Assembly (NCBI RefSeq): GCF_900105685.1
Contig: NZ_LT629781.1
Coordinates: 3,396,611-3,460,610 of the forward strand
DNA length: 64,000 bases
Direction of reading: 5' to 3'
Source of the DNA: Verrucomicrobium sp. GAS474
GTDB taxonomy: Bacteria; Verrucomicrobiota; Verrucomicrobiia; Methylacidiphilales; GAS474
Numbering within the stretch: position 1 is the stretch's first letter; each line of letters opens with the position of its first letter. The notes below the pieces were generated by a model that was not told where the DNA came from, ran no database searches, and saw only the letters and a program-made list of their open reading frames with translations. Position numbers and translations under genes: made by a program. This document shows, in pieces, positions 14,473 through 24,475 of the stretch.

Positions 14473-14485
14473 TATCATCCATCCT
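14461..14485 (+). terminator. Hairpin overlapping the tatD stop codon (7-bp stem AGGATGG/CCATCCT, 11-nt loop), possible terminator
   Basis: Inverted repeat read directly from sequence; weak U tract (CTTAT) follows. Confidence 0.3.
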
Positions 14486-14488
14486 CTT

Positions 14489-14806
14489 ATGGACCCCCTC
14501 TTCCAACGCGAACTCTTCCTGGAACGCGAGGGTGTCGTCACAAAGATCGTCGCCACCGTTCATGGCTTCACATCATGCGGAAATGGCGACTACGCCTGCA
14601 CCATCAGCCTCGACGAAGTCGAGGCACGCCCCATCGAGATTTTCCAAGTCGATCAACTCGGCAGCCTTCTGCAGGCCCTGACTTTCCTTGATCGACGCAT
14701 CCGGGATCTGGAGAAGAAAGGCTGGCTGATTTGGTGGCTCGAAAAAGGAGACCGCGGCCGATTCAATCCCTGGCACACGCATCCGGAGCCTCCGGCGGCG
14801 CAATAA
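14489..14806 (+). CDS. Hypothetical protein in low-GC islet
   Basis: 105 aa ORF, codon usage atypical for the window (GC ~55%); no recognisable motifs. Confidence 0.3.
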   Translation: MDPLFQRELFLEREGVVTKIVATVHGFTSCGNGDYACTISLDEVEARPIEIFQVDQLGSLLQALTFLDRRIRDLEKKGWLIWWLEKGDRGRFNPWHTHPEPPAAQ

Positions 14807-14842
14807 ATTCTCTTACCCGCGCCTCCTTCGCGCTGTGCGGGC

Positions 14843-15067
14843 TTACACCGCCACCGCTTCAGCAACCAAAGCCCGCCGTTCCGGCATCGGCTGCCGCGCC
14901 TTGCGGAGTCCGGCCAGCTCTTCGGTCACATGGCGGCACAAGTCGGCATAGACCTTTTGCTCATCCTTGCCGTGGCAGATGCCGCCAATGAAAAGATCGG
15001 GGCAGTAACCCACATAAAGGCGATCCTCGGCGCTCCACTGGACGAACTTGAGATAATCACTTTTCAT
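14843..15067 (-). CDS. hicB: HicB-like antitoxin (N-terminal RNase H-like fold domain only)
   Basis: 74 aa from MKSDYLKFVQWSAEDRLYVGYCPDLFIGGICHGKDEQKVYADL, resembling the HicB N-domain (Y.A.FPDLPG...G.T.EEA); overlaps the upstream hicA by 11 nt; low-GC region. Confidence 0.5.
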   Translation of the reverse strand: MKSDYLKFVQWSAEDRLYVGYCPDLFIGGICHGKDEQKVYADLCRHVTEELAGLRKARQPMPERRALVAEAVAV

Positions 15068-15281
15068 TTTTGACCTCCTGAACCGCTTTTTTAACCAGCT
15101 TTTCCTGATAAAAATGGGCATCGGCTCCCATCGCCCCGCTCAGGATCAGTTTACGCCCTGATCGGTCATGCGCAAACTTGCGATGGCTCCCCTTCCCTCC
15201 CTCGATCATCACCCATCCGGCACGCTCCAAGTCAGCGATCAATTCCTGACTTTCCTCGGCATGAGGGAAACCTACCCTCAC
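15057..15281 (-). CDS. hicA: HicA-family mRNA interferase toxin
   Basis: 74 aa; LERAGWVMIEGGKGSHRKFAH matches the HicA core (L...GW......GSH..F.H); GTG start; located immediately upstream of hicB. Confidence 0.6.
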   Translation of the reverse strand: MRVGFPHAEESQELIADLERAGWVMIEGGKGSHRKFAHDRSGRKLILSGAMGADAHFYQEKLVKKAVQEVKNEK

Positions 15282-15353
15282 CGCCTATCTCTTGGCAATC
15301 CGCGACACAAGCTTGCCCCCTCCCCTCCCTTCCCTTAGAGTGATCCACCTCCC

Positions 15354-17126
15354 ATGAGAACCATCGACGATCCCAGCCGCAAGGGCTCCGCCAAGGAAGC
15401 CGCCCATCCCGCCAAAGCCCACCGCGCCTTCTCGGCCACGGTCGTCGACGGCGTCGAGCGCGCCCCGAACCGGTCGATGCTCTATCCCACCGGGTTCAAG
15501 CCCGCCGACTTCGACAAGAACATCATCGGCATCGCCTCGACGTGGAGCATGGTCACCCCGTGCAACATGCACATCAACAAGCTGGCCGACGAGGCCGCCG
15601 CCGGGACCGACGCCGCGGGCGGCAAGGCGATCATCTTCAACACCATCACCATCGCCGACGGCATCTCGATGGGGACCGAGGGGATGAAATATTCCCTCGT
15701 CTCCCGCGAGGTCATCGCCGATTCGATCGAGACCGTCGTCGGCTGCCAGGGCATGGACGGCTACGTCGCCATCGGCGGCTGCGACAAGAACATGCCGGGC
15801 TGCCTCATCTCGATGGCCCGCCTGAATCGCCCCTCCGTCTTCGTCTACGGCGGCACCATCCTCCCCGGCTGCTTCAAGGGGAAGGAGATCGACCTCGTCA
15901 ACGTCTTCGAGGCCGTCGGCCAGCACGCCAACCACAACATCCCCGAGAGCGAACTGACCGCCATCGAGAAATGCGCCATCCCCGGCGCCGGCTCGTGCGG
16001 CGGCATGTATACGGCGAACACCATGGGCTCCGCCATCGAGGCCCTCGGCATGAGCCTCCCGAACAGCTCCTCCCAGATCGCCGAGTCGGACGAGAAGCGC
16101 GAGGATTGCCGCAAGGCGGGCGCGGCGGTGCTCAACCTCATCGCGAAGAACATCCGCCCCCGCGACATCATGACGCGGAAGGCCTTCGAGAACGCCATCA
16201 CCGTCGTCATGGCCCTCGGCGGCAGCACGAACGCCGTCCTCCACCTCCTCGCCATCGCCCACACGGCGGGCGTGAAGCTGACCCTCGAGGACTTCACCCG
16301 GATCGGGAAGAAGGTCCCCGTCCTCGCCGACCTCAAGCCGAGCGGCCGCTTCGTCATGGCCGCCCTCAGCCGCATCGGCGGCCTCACCCCGCTCATGAAG
16401 CGCCTGCTGGCGAAGGGCCTCCTCCACGGCGATTGCCTCACCGTCACCGGGAAGACCCTCGCCGAGAACCTCAAGGACGTGAAGGACTACCCCGCCGGGC
16501 AGGAAATCATCCGTCCCTTCGACAACCCGATCAAGCCCGACGGCCACCTCGTCATCCTCAAGGGCAACCTCGCCCCCGACGGCGCGGTCGCCAAGATCAG
16601 CGGCAAGGAAGGCCTGAAGTTCGAGGGCAAGGCCCGCGTCTTCGAGTCGGAGGAGAAATCGCTCGCCGCGATCCTCGACGGCACCGTGAAGAAGGGCGAC
16701 GTCATCGTCATCCGCTACGAGGGGCCGCGCGGCGGTCCCGGCATGCGCGAGATGCTCGCCCCCACCTCGGCCGTCATGGGCAAGGGCCTCGGCAAGGAGG
16801 TCGCGCTCATCACCGACGGCCGCTTCTCCGGCGGCAGCCACGGCTTCGTCGTCGGCCACATCGCGCCCGAGGCCTACGCGGGCGGTCCCCTCGCCTTCGT
16901 GAAGAACGGCGACCCGATCACCATCGACGCGAAGAAGCACACGATCACCCTCGGCGTCCCCGCGAAGGAGCTCGCCGCCCGGAAGAAGAAGTGGAAGGCC
17001 CCCGCCCCCCGCTATACGAAGGGCGTCCTCGCGAAGTACGCCGCCCTCGTCAGCCCGGCGAACCTCGGCGCCGTCACCGACTTCCACCTCGACCCGCAGA
17101 TCGCGCCCGGCAAGGGCCACCAGTAG
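15354..17126 (+). CDS. ilvD: Dihydroxy-acid dehydratase
   Basis: 590 aa; IlvD/EDD signatures (CDKNMPG, SGGSHG Fe-S cluster motifs), full-length collinearity. Confidence 0.95.
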   Translation: MRTIDDPSRKGSAKEAAHPAKAHRAFSATVVDGVERAPNRSMLYPTGFKPADFDKNIIGIASTWSMVTPCNMHINKLADEAAAGTDAAGGKAIIFNTITIADGISMGTEGMKYSLVSREVIADSIETVVGCQGMDGYVAIGGCDKNMPGCLISMARLNRPSVFVYGGTILPGCFKGKEIDLVNVFEAVGQHANHNIPESELTAIEKCAIPGAGSCGGMYTANTMGSAIEALGMSLPNSSSQIAESDEKREDCRKAGAAVLNLIAKNIRPRDIMTRKAFENAITVVMALGGSTNAVLHLLAIAHTAGVKLTLEDFTRIGKKVPVLADLKPSGRFVMAALSRIGGLTPLMKRLLAKGLLHGDCLTVTGKTLAENLKDVKDYPAGQEIIRPFDNPIKPDGHLVILKGNLAPDGAVAKISGKEGLKFEGKARVFESEEKSLAAILDGTVKKGDVIVIRYEGPRGGPGMREMLAPTSAVMGKGLGKEVALITDGRFSGGSHGFVVGHIAPEAYAGGPLAFVKNGDPITIDAKKHTITLGVPAKELAARKKKWKAPAPRYTKGVLAKYAALVSPANLGAVTDFHLDPQIAPGKGHQ

Positions 17127-17160
17127 GAGGCCCGAGCGCCTGCGCCAAGGGAACCGACCG

Positions 17161-18135
17161 ATGGAAAAGGACCTCACCTCCCACCTCCCCTCGGTCGGTT
17201 CCCAGGCCAGCTCCTCGGATTCGAGGGGGAACGCCCCGCTGACGCTCGACACCCCCTCGATCCAGAACGCCCTTCGGCTCGCCGGGCTCGGCGTCGTCAC
17301 GAACCTCGGCCTCGCCGCACTGAAGATCGCCGTCGGCCTCCTCGGCCACTCCTACGCGCTGATTGCCGACGGCATCGAGTCGACCACCGACGCCGTCACC
17401 TCCTCCGTCGTCTGGATCGGCCTCCGCCTCTCCCTCCGCCCCGCCGACTCCTCCCACCCCTACGGCCACGGCAAGGCCGAGTCGCTCGCGGGGCTGATGG
17501 TCGCCCTCGCCCTCATCGCGGCGGCGGTCGCCATCGCCGTCGGCGGGATCAACCGAATCATGCACCCGGGGGAACACGCCCCGAAGTGGTTCGTCCTCCC
17601 CGTCCTCGGCCTCATCATCGTCGTGAAGGAGCTCCTCGCCCGCCGGGTGAAGAGCGCCGGGGAAACGCTGAAAAGCAGCTCCCTCATGGGCGAGGCGTGG
17701 CACCACCGCTCTGACGCCATGAGCTCCCTCGCCGCCTTCGTCGGTGTCGGCATCGCCATCTTCGGCGGGCCGACCTACCGTTCCGCCGACGCCATCGCCG
17801 CGCTCGCCGCCTCGGTCATCATCGGGATCAACGGCATCGCCCTCGCCGGACCGGCCTTCAACGAGATCATGGACGCCGCCCCGCCCGAGGACCTGATCGA
17901 AAAGACCCGGAAACTCGCCGCCCGGGTCGACGACGTCGTCGGGATCGACAAGTGCCGCATCCGCAAGAGCGGCCTCGAATACTACGTCGACATCCACGTC
18001 ATCGTCGACGGCGACGCCTCGGTCCGCACCGGCCACCGCATCGCCCACCAGGTGAAGGACAGCCTCATCGCCTCCGACGAGAACATCGTCGACGTCGACG
18101 TCCACATCGAGCCGACGCCGAAGGGCTGGGTTTAG
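17161..18135 (+). CDS. Cation diffusion facilitator family transporter (CzcD/FieF-like)
   Basis: 324 aa; six TM helices, metal-binding HxxxD-type sites (HSYALIADGIESTTD, HHRSDAM), C-terminal cytoplasmic domain. Confidence 0.85.
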   Translation: MEKDLTSHLPSVGSQASSSDSRGNAPLTLDTPSIQNALRLAGLGVVTNLGLAALKIAVGLLGHSYALIADGIESTTDAVTSSVVWIGLRLSLRPADSSHPYGHGKAESLAGLMVALALIAAAVAIAVGGINRIMHPGEHAPKWFVLPVLGLIIVVKELLARRVKSAGETLKSSSLMGEAWHHRSDAMSSLAAFVGVGIAIFGGPTYRSADAIAALAASVIIGINGIALAGPAFNEIMDAAPPEDLIEKTRKLAARVDDVVGIDKCRIRKSGLEYYVDIHVIVDGDASVRTGHRIAHQVKDSLIASDENIVDVDVHIEPTPKGWV

Positions 18136-18317
18136 GGCCAAGCGCGTTCGGTCCTGCCCGCACAAGGACACGCGCCGGCGTTCCACGCCAATTTCGGTCC
18201 ACCCACGCCATTTTAGTAAATCTTATCTAACATTTACTCCCAATTGATTACTTAGATCGCATCTTTTTAATTGTTCTCGAAAAGGTCTGTGCTTGCCTTG
18301 CTCAGCTTCCCTTTTTT

Positions 18318-19940
18318 ATGCGACTGAATCAGCCCGTCACCAACCAGGAACAGGAACTCCGCGAAGGCTCCTCCATCGTCTCGAAGACCGACCTCAAGGG
18401 CCACATCACCTACGTCAACCCGGCCTTCATCGAGATCAGCGGCTTCACCGAGGAGGAACTCCTCGGCCAGCCCCACAACCTAATCCGCCATCCCGACATG
18501 CCCGCCGCGGCCTTCGCCGACCTGTGGGAGACTGTCCGCACCGGCGGCCAGTGGACCGGCGTCGTGAAGAACCGCTGCAAGAACGGCGACCACTACTGGG
18601 TCTTCGCCAACGTCACCCCGGTCCGGGAAGACGGCGTCCTCGTCGGCTACATGTCGGTCCGCACGAAGCCGACCCGGCAGCAGATCGCCGCCGCCGCCGA
18701 CCTCTACGAGCGGATCAACCAGGGCCACTCCGGCATCCGCCTTCACGGGGGCCGCGTCATGTCGTCCGGCCTCCGCGGCCTCGCGGGCCGCGTGCGGGAC
18801 ATGTCCCTCACCGTGAAGATCGGGGCCGCACTCGGATTCACGATGCTTCTCCTCATCGCCCACGGCCTCCTTCCCTTCTTCGGCTTCGACGGCCACGTCC
18901 TCTCCCTCCTCTCCCTCGTCGGGATGATCGTCATCGGGATGCTCTGGGTCGTCCTCCATGCGGGGATCCTCGTCCCGCTCCGACAGGTCACCCAGGCCGC
19001 CTTCGCCATCGCCTCGGGCGACCTCACCCTCCGCATCAGCACCCGCCGCCGGGACGACTTCGGCCTCCTCATCGAGGCCCTGCGCCAGATGAACGTCAAC
19101 CTCATCGCCACCATCGGCGACGTCCGGGCCAACGCCGACCAGCTCCGCGTCGCCACGGGCGACCTCGCCTCCGGCGCCGCCGCCCTCTCCGACCGGACCA
19201 CCGCCCAGGCCGCGAACCTCGAGGAAACCGCCGCCAGCGTCGAGGAACTCTCCTCCACCGTGAGGCAGAACGCCGACCGGGCCTCCGAGTCGCGGACCCT
19301 CGTCGCCACCGCCTCGGAGATCGCCGAGCAGGGCGGCAAGGCCGTCGCCCGCGTCGAGTCGACGATGTACGAGATCACCGCCCAATCGAAGAAGATCGCC
19401 GACATCACGAAGCTGATCGACGCCATCGCCTTCCAGACGAACATCCTCGCCCTGAACGCCGCCGTCGAGGCCGCCCGCGCCGGGGACGCCGGAGCCGGGT
19501 TCGCCGTCGTCGCCGACGAGGTCCGCTCCCTCGCCCACCGCTCCGCCCAGGCCGCCAAGGAGATCGACGAGCTGATCGAGGAATCGCACCAGAAAGTCGC
19601 CCTCGGGAACACCCTCGTCACCGAGGCCAACGCCACCATGGGCCGCATCGTCACCTCGGCCCGGAACATCACCGTCGCCGTCGGGGAGATCACCACCGCC
19701 ACCGAGGAGCAGAGCCTCGGCGTCACCCAGATCAACACTGCCCTCACCCAGGTCGACGAGCTGACCCAGCAGAACGCCACGATGGTCGCCGAATCGCTCG
19801 ACAACACGCGGGATCTCGAAGAGCAGATCCGGAAGCTGTCCGAAGCCGTCTCGATCTTCCACCTCGGAGACGGGGAAGCTGCCGCCCCCCGGCCCCGGGA
19901 AATCAAGGCCCGGGCGAAAGCGGTACGGCTCCAGAGCTAA
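18318..19940 (+). CDS. Methyl-accepting chemotaxis protein with N-terminal PAS domain (Aer-like)
   Basis: N-terminal PAS ([33 protein letters not shown]), two TM segments, HAMP, and highly conserved MCP signalling domain ([37 protein letters not shown]). Confidence 0.85.
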   Translation: MRLNQPVTNQEQELREGSSIVSKTDLKGHITYVNPAFIEISGFTEEELLGQPHNLIRHPDMPAAAFADLWETVRTGGQWTGVVKNRCKNGDHYWVFANVTPVREDGVLVGYMSVRTKPTRQQIAAAADLYERINQGHSGIRLHGGRVMSSGLRGLAGRVRDMSLTVKIGAALGFTMLLLIAHGLLPFFGFDGHVLSLLSLVGMIVIGMLWVVLHAGILVPLRQVTQAAFAIASGDLTLRISTRRRDDFGLLIEALRQMNVNLIATIGDVRANADQLRVATGDLASGAAALSDRTTAQAANLEETAASVEELSSTVRQNADRASESRTLVATASEIAEQGGKAVARVESTMYEITAQSKKIADITKLIDAIAFQTNILALNAAVEAARAGDAGAGFAVVADEVRSLAHRSAQAAKEIDELIEESHQKVALGNTLVTEANATMGRIVTSARNITVAVGEITTATEEQSLGVTQINTALTQVDELTQQNATMVAESLDNTRDLEEQIRKLSEAVSIFHLGDGEAAAPRPREIKARAKAVRLQS

Positions 19941-20110
19941 GCGTTCGGGAGGTTTGCCGGTCAGGGCCCGAGAAAAGCCCTGGTCCTCCCGTTGGGCCGC
20001 TTTCGCAAAAGCATCGCTAGGAATTATCGGGATTCACGGGTAGTTTGGGAGTGCCCCGGGAGCACTCTCGCGCCCCACCCGGGGTGCTGGGCTCACGACC
20101 GTTTTCCCTC

Positions 20111-20680
20111 ATGAAAAAAGAAAACCCCACGATCCTGATGGTGGAGGACGATCCCAACGACCAATTCCTGATGACTCGAGGCTTCAGGAAAGTCGGCGTC
20201 ACGACCCCCATTCACATCGTGAACAACGGCCTGGAGGCGATCGCCTACATGATGGGGGAGGGCCAATACGCCGACCGGAGCCGTTTCGCCTATCCCACGT
20301 TCGTGATGACCGACTTGAAAATGCCGGAGGCCGACGGCTTCGCGGTCCTCGAGTTTCTCATGGGAAATCCCGAATGGGCCGTGATTCCGACAATTGTTTT
20401 CTCGGGATCGGCCGATCAGGACGACATCAAAAAAGCCTACATGCTCGGCGCCAGCTCCTATCATGTGAAGCCGTCCTCTCCCGACGATCTCGCCCACCAG
20501 CTGGAGGTGCTCCATTCCTATTGGATCACCTGCGAGGTACCCGCCGTCGATCGGACGGGCAAGCAGCTCCATACCGAGAGTCACGGCAAACTCGGAGAAC
20601 GCTTCGAGCAACCCGGTGACGAGAAGGGACCCGAAGCAACTCCCGACGCCCCCCATCCGATTCCTCCCGAAGGAATCTGA
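20111..20680 (+). CDS. Response regulator, receiver domain with C-terminal ~60 aa extension and no known output domain
   Basis: ILMVEDDPNDQ..., phospho-acceptor Asp in FVMTDLKMPEADG, and conserved Lys (KP). Start taken at MKKENPT. Confidence 0.8.
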   Translation: MKKENPTILMVEDDPNDQFLMTRGFRKVGVTTPIHIVNNGLEAIAYMMGEGQYADRSRFAYPTFVMTDLKMPEADGFAVLEFLMGNPEWAVIPTIVFSGSADQDDIKKAYMLGASSYHVKPSSPDDLAHQLEVLHSYWITCEVPAVDRTGKQLHTESHGKLGERFEQPGDEKGPEATPDAPHPIPPEGI

Positions 20681-20698
20681 AGGCGATTCAACCTGGAC

Positions 20699-21124
20699 CT
20701 AGGTCAACTCGTTCTGGAAGAACTCGATGCTCTCCCCGCCGGGGGCGCGGACGAACGAGATGCGGAACGGGACCTCGGCGGGCAGCCCCGCCTTGCTCGT
20801 GTTCTTCACCGGCACCGTCGTGGGGGCCATCGTCTCGACCGCGCCGAGGGAGAGGGCGAGCTTGTGGGCCGCGTCGGTGTCGGGCGTCCGGATCGCGAAG
20901 TGGATGATCCCGTCGGAGACCGCCCCGGGCTTGCCGCCCGCGAAGACCTCGACGTAATTTCCGTCCCCGGTATCGAGCATCACGGCGCGGCCGTCCCCCT
21001 CGCCCCAGGAGACCTTCTCGGTGAAGCCGAGCTTCGTGTAGAACGCGACGGCGGCGTCGAAATCGACGACCTTGACCGCCACGTGATGAAAACCGCCGCC
21101 GATGAGGGGATTCTTGTTCGCCAT
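20699..21124 (-). CDS. VOC-family protein (glyoxalase/bleomycin-resistance/dioxygenase fold)
   Basis: ~141 aa; HHVAVKVVDFDAAVAFYTKLGF... and ...IEFFQ are typical VOC beta-alpha-beta-beta-beta modules. Confidence 0.7.
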   Translation of the reverse strand: MANKNPLIGGGFHHVAVKVVDFDAAVAFYTKLGFTEKVSWGEGDGRAVMLDTGDGNYVEVFAGGKPGAVSDGIIHFAIRTPDTDAAHKLALSLGAVETMAPTTVPVKNTSKAGLPAEVPFRISFVRAPGGESIEFFQNELT

Positions 21125-21137
21125 AAAAAATGAAAAT

Positions 21138-21701
21138 TTAAGAGAGCTTCGCGCAGACACCGCCGTTCACGGCCTCCACCGCCTCGGGCCCGAGCAGCCG
21201 CCCGACGAGGGCGTAGCCGAACTCGACCGCGCTCCCAGCCGCGAGGCTGGTGATGAGGTTCCCGTTCGCCGCGGTGACGACGCGCTCTCCGGCGGCGAGC
21301 CGCTCCGGGGGGAACTGGGATTGGACCGAAGGATGGCAGATCACCTTCTCGCCGGGCAGGAAGCCCCACTCGAGGAGGAGCGTCGGGGCCGCGCAGATCA
21401 TTCCCAGCAGCCGCCCCGCGACGATCTGCCGCTCGACGATCGCCTTCACCCGCCCGTCGATCTTCAGGTGGGCGACGCCGTCGTTGCCGCCCGGGAGGAC
21501 GATGAGGTCGTAAAGGTGCTCGATGACGTCGCTGAGGTCGATGTCGGCCAGGTGCCGGGTTTTCCGCGAGGCGATGAGGATGCCGGGGATCGTCCCGGCG
21601 ACGGTCACCTCGACTCCGGCGCGGCGGAGGAGATCGATCGTCGCGATGGCCTCGATCTCCTCGAAGCCGGGGGCCAGAATCACCAGGGCGGTCTTGCTCA
21701 T
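21138..21701 (-). CDS. DJ-1/PfpI-family protein (YajL/ThiJ-like)
   Basis: ALVILAPGFEEIEA..., nucleophile-elbow Cys in LLGMICAAP, VLPGG motif. Confidence 0.8.
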   Translation of the reverse strand: MSKTALVILAPGFEEIEAIATIDLLRRAGVEVTVAGTIPGILIASRKTRHLADIDLSDVIEHLYDLIVLPGGNDGVAHLKIDGRVKAIVERQIVAGRLLGMICAAPTLLLEWGFLPGEKVICHPSVQSQFPPERLAAGERVVTAANGNLITSLAAGSAVEFGYALVGRLLGPEAVEAVNGGVCAKLS

Positions 21702-21711
21702 AGGTTGGTCT

Positions 21712-22944
21712 TTAAATTTCAGCAAGTGCCGTTCCAGGCAACGCCGCGCCGATCTCCCCGACGATAGCACGATAGGCGGCCTCGTCCAAAACCGGATCGG
21801 CGGACGAGAAGGCGACGGGGACCTCGACCCACGACTTGCACCCGTCGAAGCCCTTCTCCCAGACGATCTCCTTCGGCTCCCGGAGGCGGCGGACCCGGAC
21901 GAGGAAGGCGTGGATGCCCGGCTCCTTCCACTCGAACCGCTCCCGGATCACCTCTTCCTTCCACGGATGGAAGGGGGCGAGGGCGGCGACGGCGCTCCAC
22001 TCGGTGAGGTAGGCGACGTGGGTGACTTCGGCAAAGAACTCGACCCGCACCGTGTCGACGCCCGAGGCGGGGACTTCCTCGAAGCCGCCCGTGACGATGG
22101 CCCCGGCGGGGAGCCGCTCGGCCAGGAGCTTCTCCCCCTGCTGATGGAACCGGGTCGGGAGGAGCCAGAAACGGCGGTGCTTCACCGAGAAGCCGCTCTT
22201 CCCCTCGGCGATCCCGCCCTTGCGAAGGATGAGGGCCTGGCGGCCCGCGCCGAGGGAGGTGACGACGGCCTGCCATTCCTTGAAGGCGGGCTCCTTGACG
22301 GGAGCGGCGGGAGAGGGCGCGGGGGCGTCCCCCTTCTTCTCCTCGACCTCGTCCTCGACGGCAAAGAGTCCCCGGTTCTTCCAGAAATAGATCCACCCCG
22401 AAAGGAGGGTGATGCCGAGGGCGATCCAGAGGAGGGCGGGCTGGATGTAATCGAGGAAGGTGATGATCGGGCCGTCGGGGATGCTCATCTCGAGCGTGGC
22501 GGCGAGGAAGAGGGAGACGATCACGAAGACCATCTGCGAGATCGTCTTGTGCTTCCCGGCCTTCTCGGCGGCGAGTAGGTATCCCCGGTTCGCCGCGACG
22601 ATGCGGAGGCCGGTGATGAGGAACTCCCGGGCGATGATCGTGACCACCATCCACATCGGCGCGCCGTAGTCGTCCCCGATCATCCCGACGAAGGCGGCGC
22701 TGACCAGGATCTTGTCGGCCAGCGGGTCGAGGAGCTTCCCGAGGTCGGTGACGATGTTCTGCTTCCGGGCGATGTAGCCGTCGAGCCAGTCGGTGAGGCT
22801 CGCCACGACGAAGATGGCGAGGGCGACGGTGTAGCGGAAGGAGAAGTCGATGCTCAGCGCGGCGACGAAGAACGCGCAGAGGACGAGCCGCCCGAGCGAG
22901 AGCTGGTTCGGCAGATTCAGGGTGAAGCGAAGCGGCTTGGCCAT
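21712..22944 (-). CDS. pgsA: CDP-diacylglycerol--glycerol-3-phosphate 3-phosphatidyltransferase (PgsA) fused to a ~200 aa C-terminal cytoplasmic domain of unknown function
   Basis: N-terminal 190 aa carry the CDP-alcohol phosphatidyltransferase signature DWLDGYIARK...GKLLDPLADK plus TM helices; the C-terminal half (FKEWQAVVTSLGAGRQALILRKGG...) is soluble with no motif I can name. Confidence 0.75.
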   Translation of the reverse strand: MAKPLRFTLNLPNQLSLGRLVLCAFFVAALSIDFSFRYTVALAIFVVASLTDWLDGYIARKQNIVTDLGKLLDPLADKILVSAAFVGMIGDDYGAPMWMVVTIIAREFLITGLRIVAANRGYLLAAEKAGKHKTISQMVFVIVSLFLAATLEMSIPDGPIITFLDYIQPALLWIALGITLLSGWIYFWKNRGLFAVEDEVEEKKGDAPAPSPAAPVKEPAFKEWQAVVTSLGAGRQALILRKGGIAEGKSGFSVKHRRFWLLPTRFHQQGEKLLAERLPAGAIVTGGFEEVPASGVDTVRVEFFAEVTHVAYLTEWSAVAALAPFHPWKEEVIRERFEWKEPGIHAFLVRVRRLREPKEIVWEKGFDGCKSWVEVPVAFSSADPVLDEAAYRAIVGEIGAALPGTALAEI

Positions 22945-22972
22945 AAGACTCCCCGTGTTTTTGGGACGGGGC

Positions 22973-24451
22973 CTAGGCCGTCATCTCGATTTCGGAGGCG
23001 GCGGTCGCGGCGACCTGCGCGGGATCGGAGCCCTGCGCGATCAGGTCGTAATCGTGGGCCTCGGCGATCGTCACCGTCGCGAACTCGGAGACCGGGAGCG
23101 CGGGATCGACGAAGACCTGCCCGTCGACCTCCGGCGCGTCCCCCTCGGAACGGGCGATGCCGGGGGCCTCGACGAGGACGCGGAGCTTCTTCCCGACGAA
23201 CTGCCCGCCGACCTGCCCGGCCAGCTCCTTCTGGAGGGCCATGGCGCGGTTCCAGCGGGACTGCTTCACCTTGTCGGAAAGCTGCCCGTCCATCTTCGCG
23301 GCGCGGGTCCCCTCCTCCTGGGAGTAGCGGAAGACGCCGAGGCGGTCAAAGCGCGATTCCTCGATGAAGCCGAGGAGGGTCTCGAAATCGGCGTCGGTCT
23401 CGCCGGGGAAGCCGACGATGAAGGTCGTCCGGACGGTGACGCCGGGGATCCCCTTGCGGATGCGGGCGACGAGGTCGCGGATATACTGTTCCGAGGTCTC
23501 GCGCTGCATCTTCTCCAACATGTTCTGGGCGATGTGCTGGAGCGGGATGTCGATGTAGCGGGCCACCTTGTTCGAGCGGGCGATGACGGCGATCAGCTCG
23601 TCGCTCCAGTGGGCGGGGTGGGTGTAGAGGAGTCGGATCCAGAAATCGCCCTCGATCTCCTGGAGGGCGGCGAGGAGGTCGCAGAGGGTCTCCCCCCGGC
23701 TCGAATCGATCTGCTGGCGGGGACCGGCCTTCTGCTCCCAGCGGTCCATGCCGAAGTAGGTCGTGTCCTGTGAGATGAGGTTCACCTCGCGGACGCCCGC
23801 GGCGACGAGCTGCCGAACCTCGGCGACCACCGAGGCAATCGTCCGGCTCCGGTGCTTCCCCCGGATCTGGGGGATGATGCAGAAGGTGCAGGGATGGTTG
23901 CACCCCTCGGCGATCTTCACGTAGGCGGTGTGCTTCGGCGTGAGGCGGATGCGGGGCGTGTCGAAGTCGGGGATGTAGGTCGACTTCCCCTCGATGAAGC
24001 TCGGGGGCGGCGTCGCCGTCGATTTCTTCCGGGAGGGAAGGCCGAAGATCTGCTCGATGATCGGGACGATCTTCGTCACCTGGTCGAGGCCGATGAAGGC
24101 GTCGACCTCGGGCATGATCCCGGGGAGGTCCTTCGAGAAACGCTGCGCCATGCACCCGGCGACGATGAGCTTCTGGCCCTTGCGCCGCTTGCTCATGCCC
24201 CGCTCCTTGTTCGCCTCGAAGATCGCGTTGATGCTCTCCTCCTTCGAGGCGTCGATGAAGGAGCAGGTGTTGACGATGAGGACGTCGGCCTCCTCGGCGT
24301 TCGCGGTCATCGCCATCCCGGCCTGGTTCAGGTGGCCGATCATGATCTCCGAATCGACGAGGTTCTTCGCGCAGCCGAGGGAGAGGAGGCCGACGCGGAT
24401 CACGTCGGGAACGGGGGCGGCAGGAGTGGGAAGGGCGGAAGAGGGGCTCAT
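22973..24451 (-). CDS. rimO: Ribosomal protein S12 methylthiotransferase RimO
   Basis: MTTase N-domain, radical-SAM CxxxCxxC (CNHPCTFC), TRAM domain; 492 aa, collinear with RimO. Confidence 0.9.
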   Translation of the reverse strand: MSPSSALPTPAAPVPDVIRVGLLSLGCAKNLVDSEIMIGHLNQAGMAMTANAEEADVLIVNTCSFIDASKEESINAIFEANKERGMSKRRKGQKLIVAGCMAQRFSKDLPGIMPEVDAFIGLDQVTKIVPIIEQIFGLPSRKKSTATPPPSFIEGKSTYIPDFDTPRIRLTPKHTAYVKIAEGCNHPCTFCIIPQIRGKHRSRTIASVVAEVRQLVAAGVREVNLISQDTTYFGMDRWEQKAGPRQQIDSSRGETLCDLLAALQEIEGDFWIRLLYTHPAHWSDELIAVIARSNKVARYIDIPLQHIAQNMLEKMQRETSEQYIRDLVARIRKGIPGVTVRTTFIVGFPGETDADFETLLGFIEESRFDRLGVFRYSQEEGTRAAKMDGQLSDKVKQSRWNRAMALQKELAGQVGGQFVGKKLRVLVEAPGIARSEGDAPEVDGQVFVDPALPVSEFATVTIAEAHDYDLIAQGSDPAQVAATAASEIEMTA

Positions 24452-24475
24452 GGAAGGAGGGAGGGTCCGAGTTGA

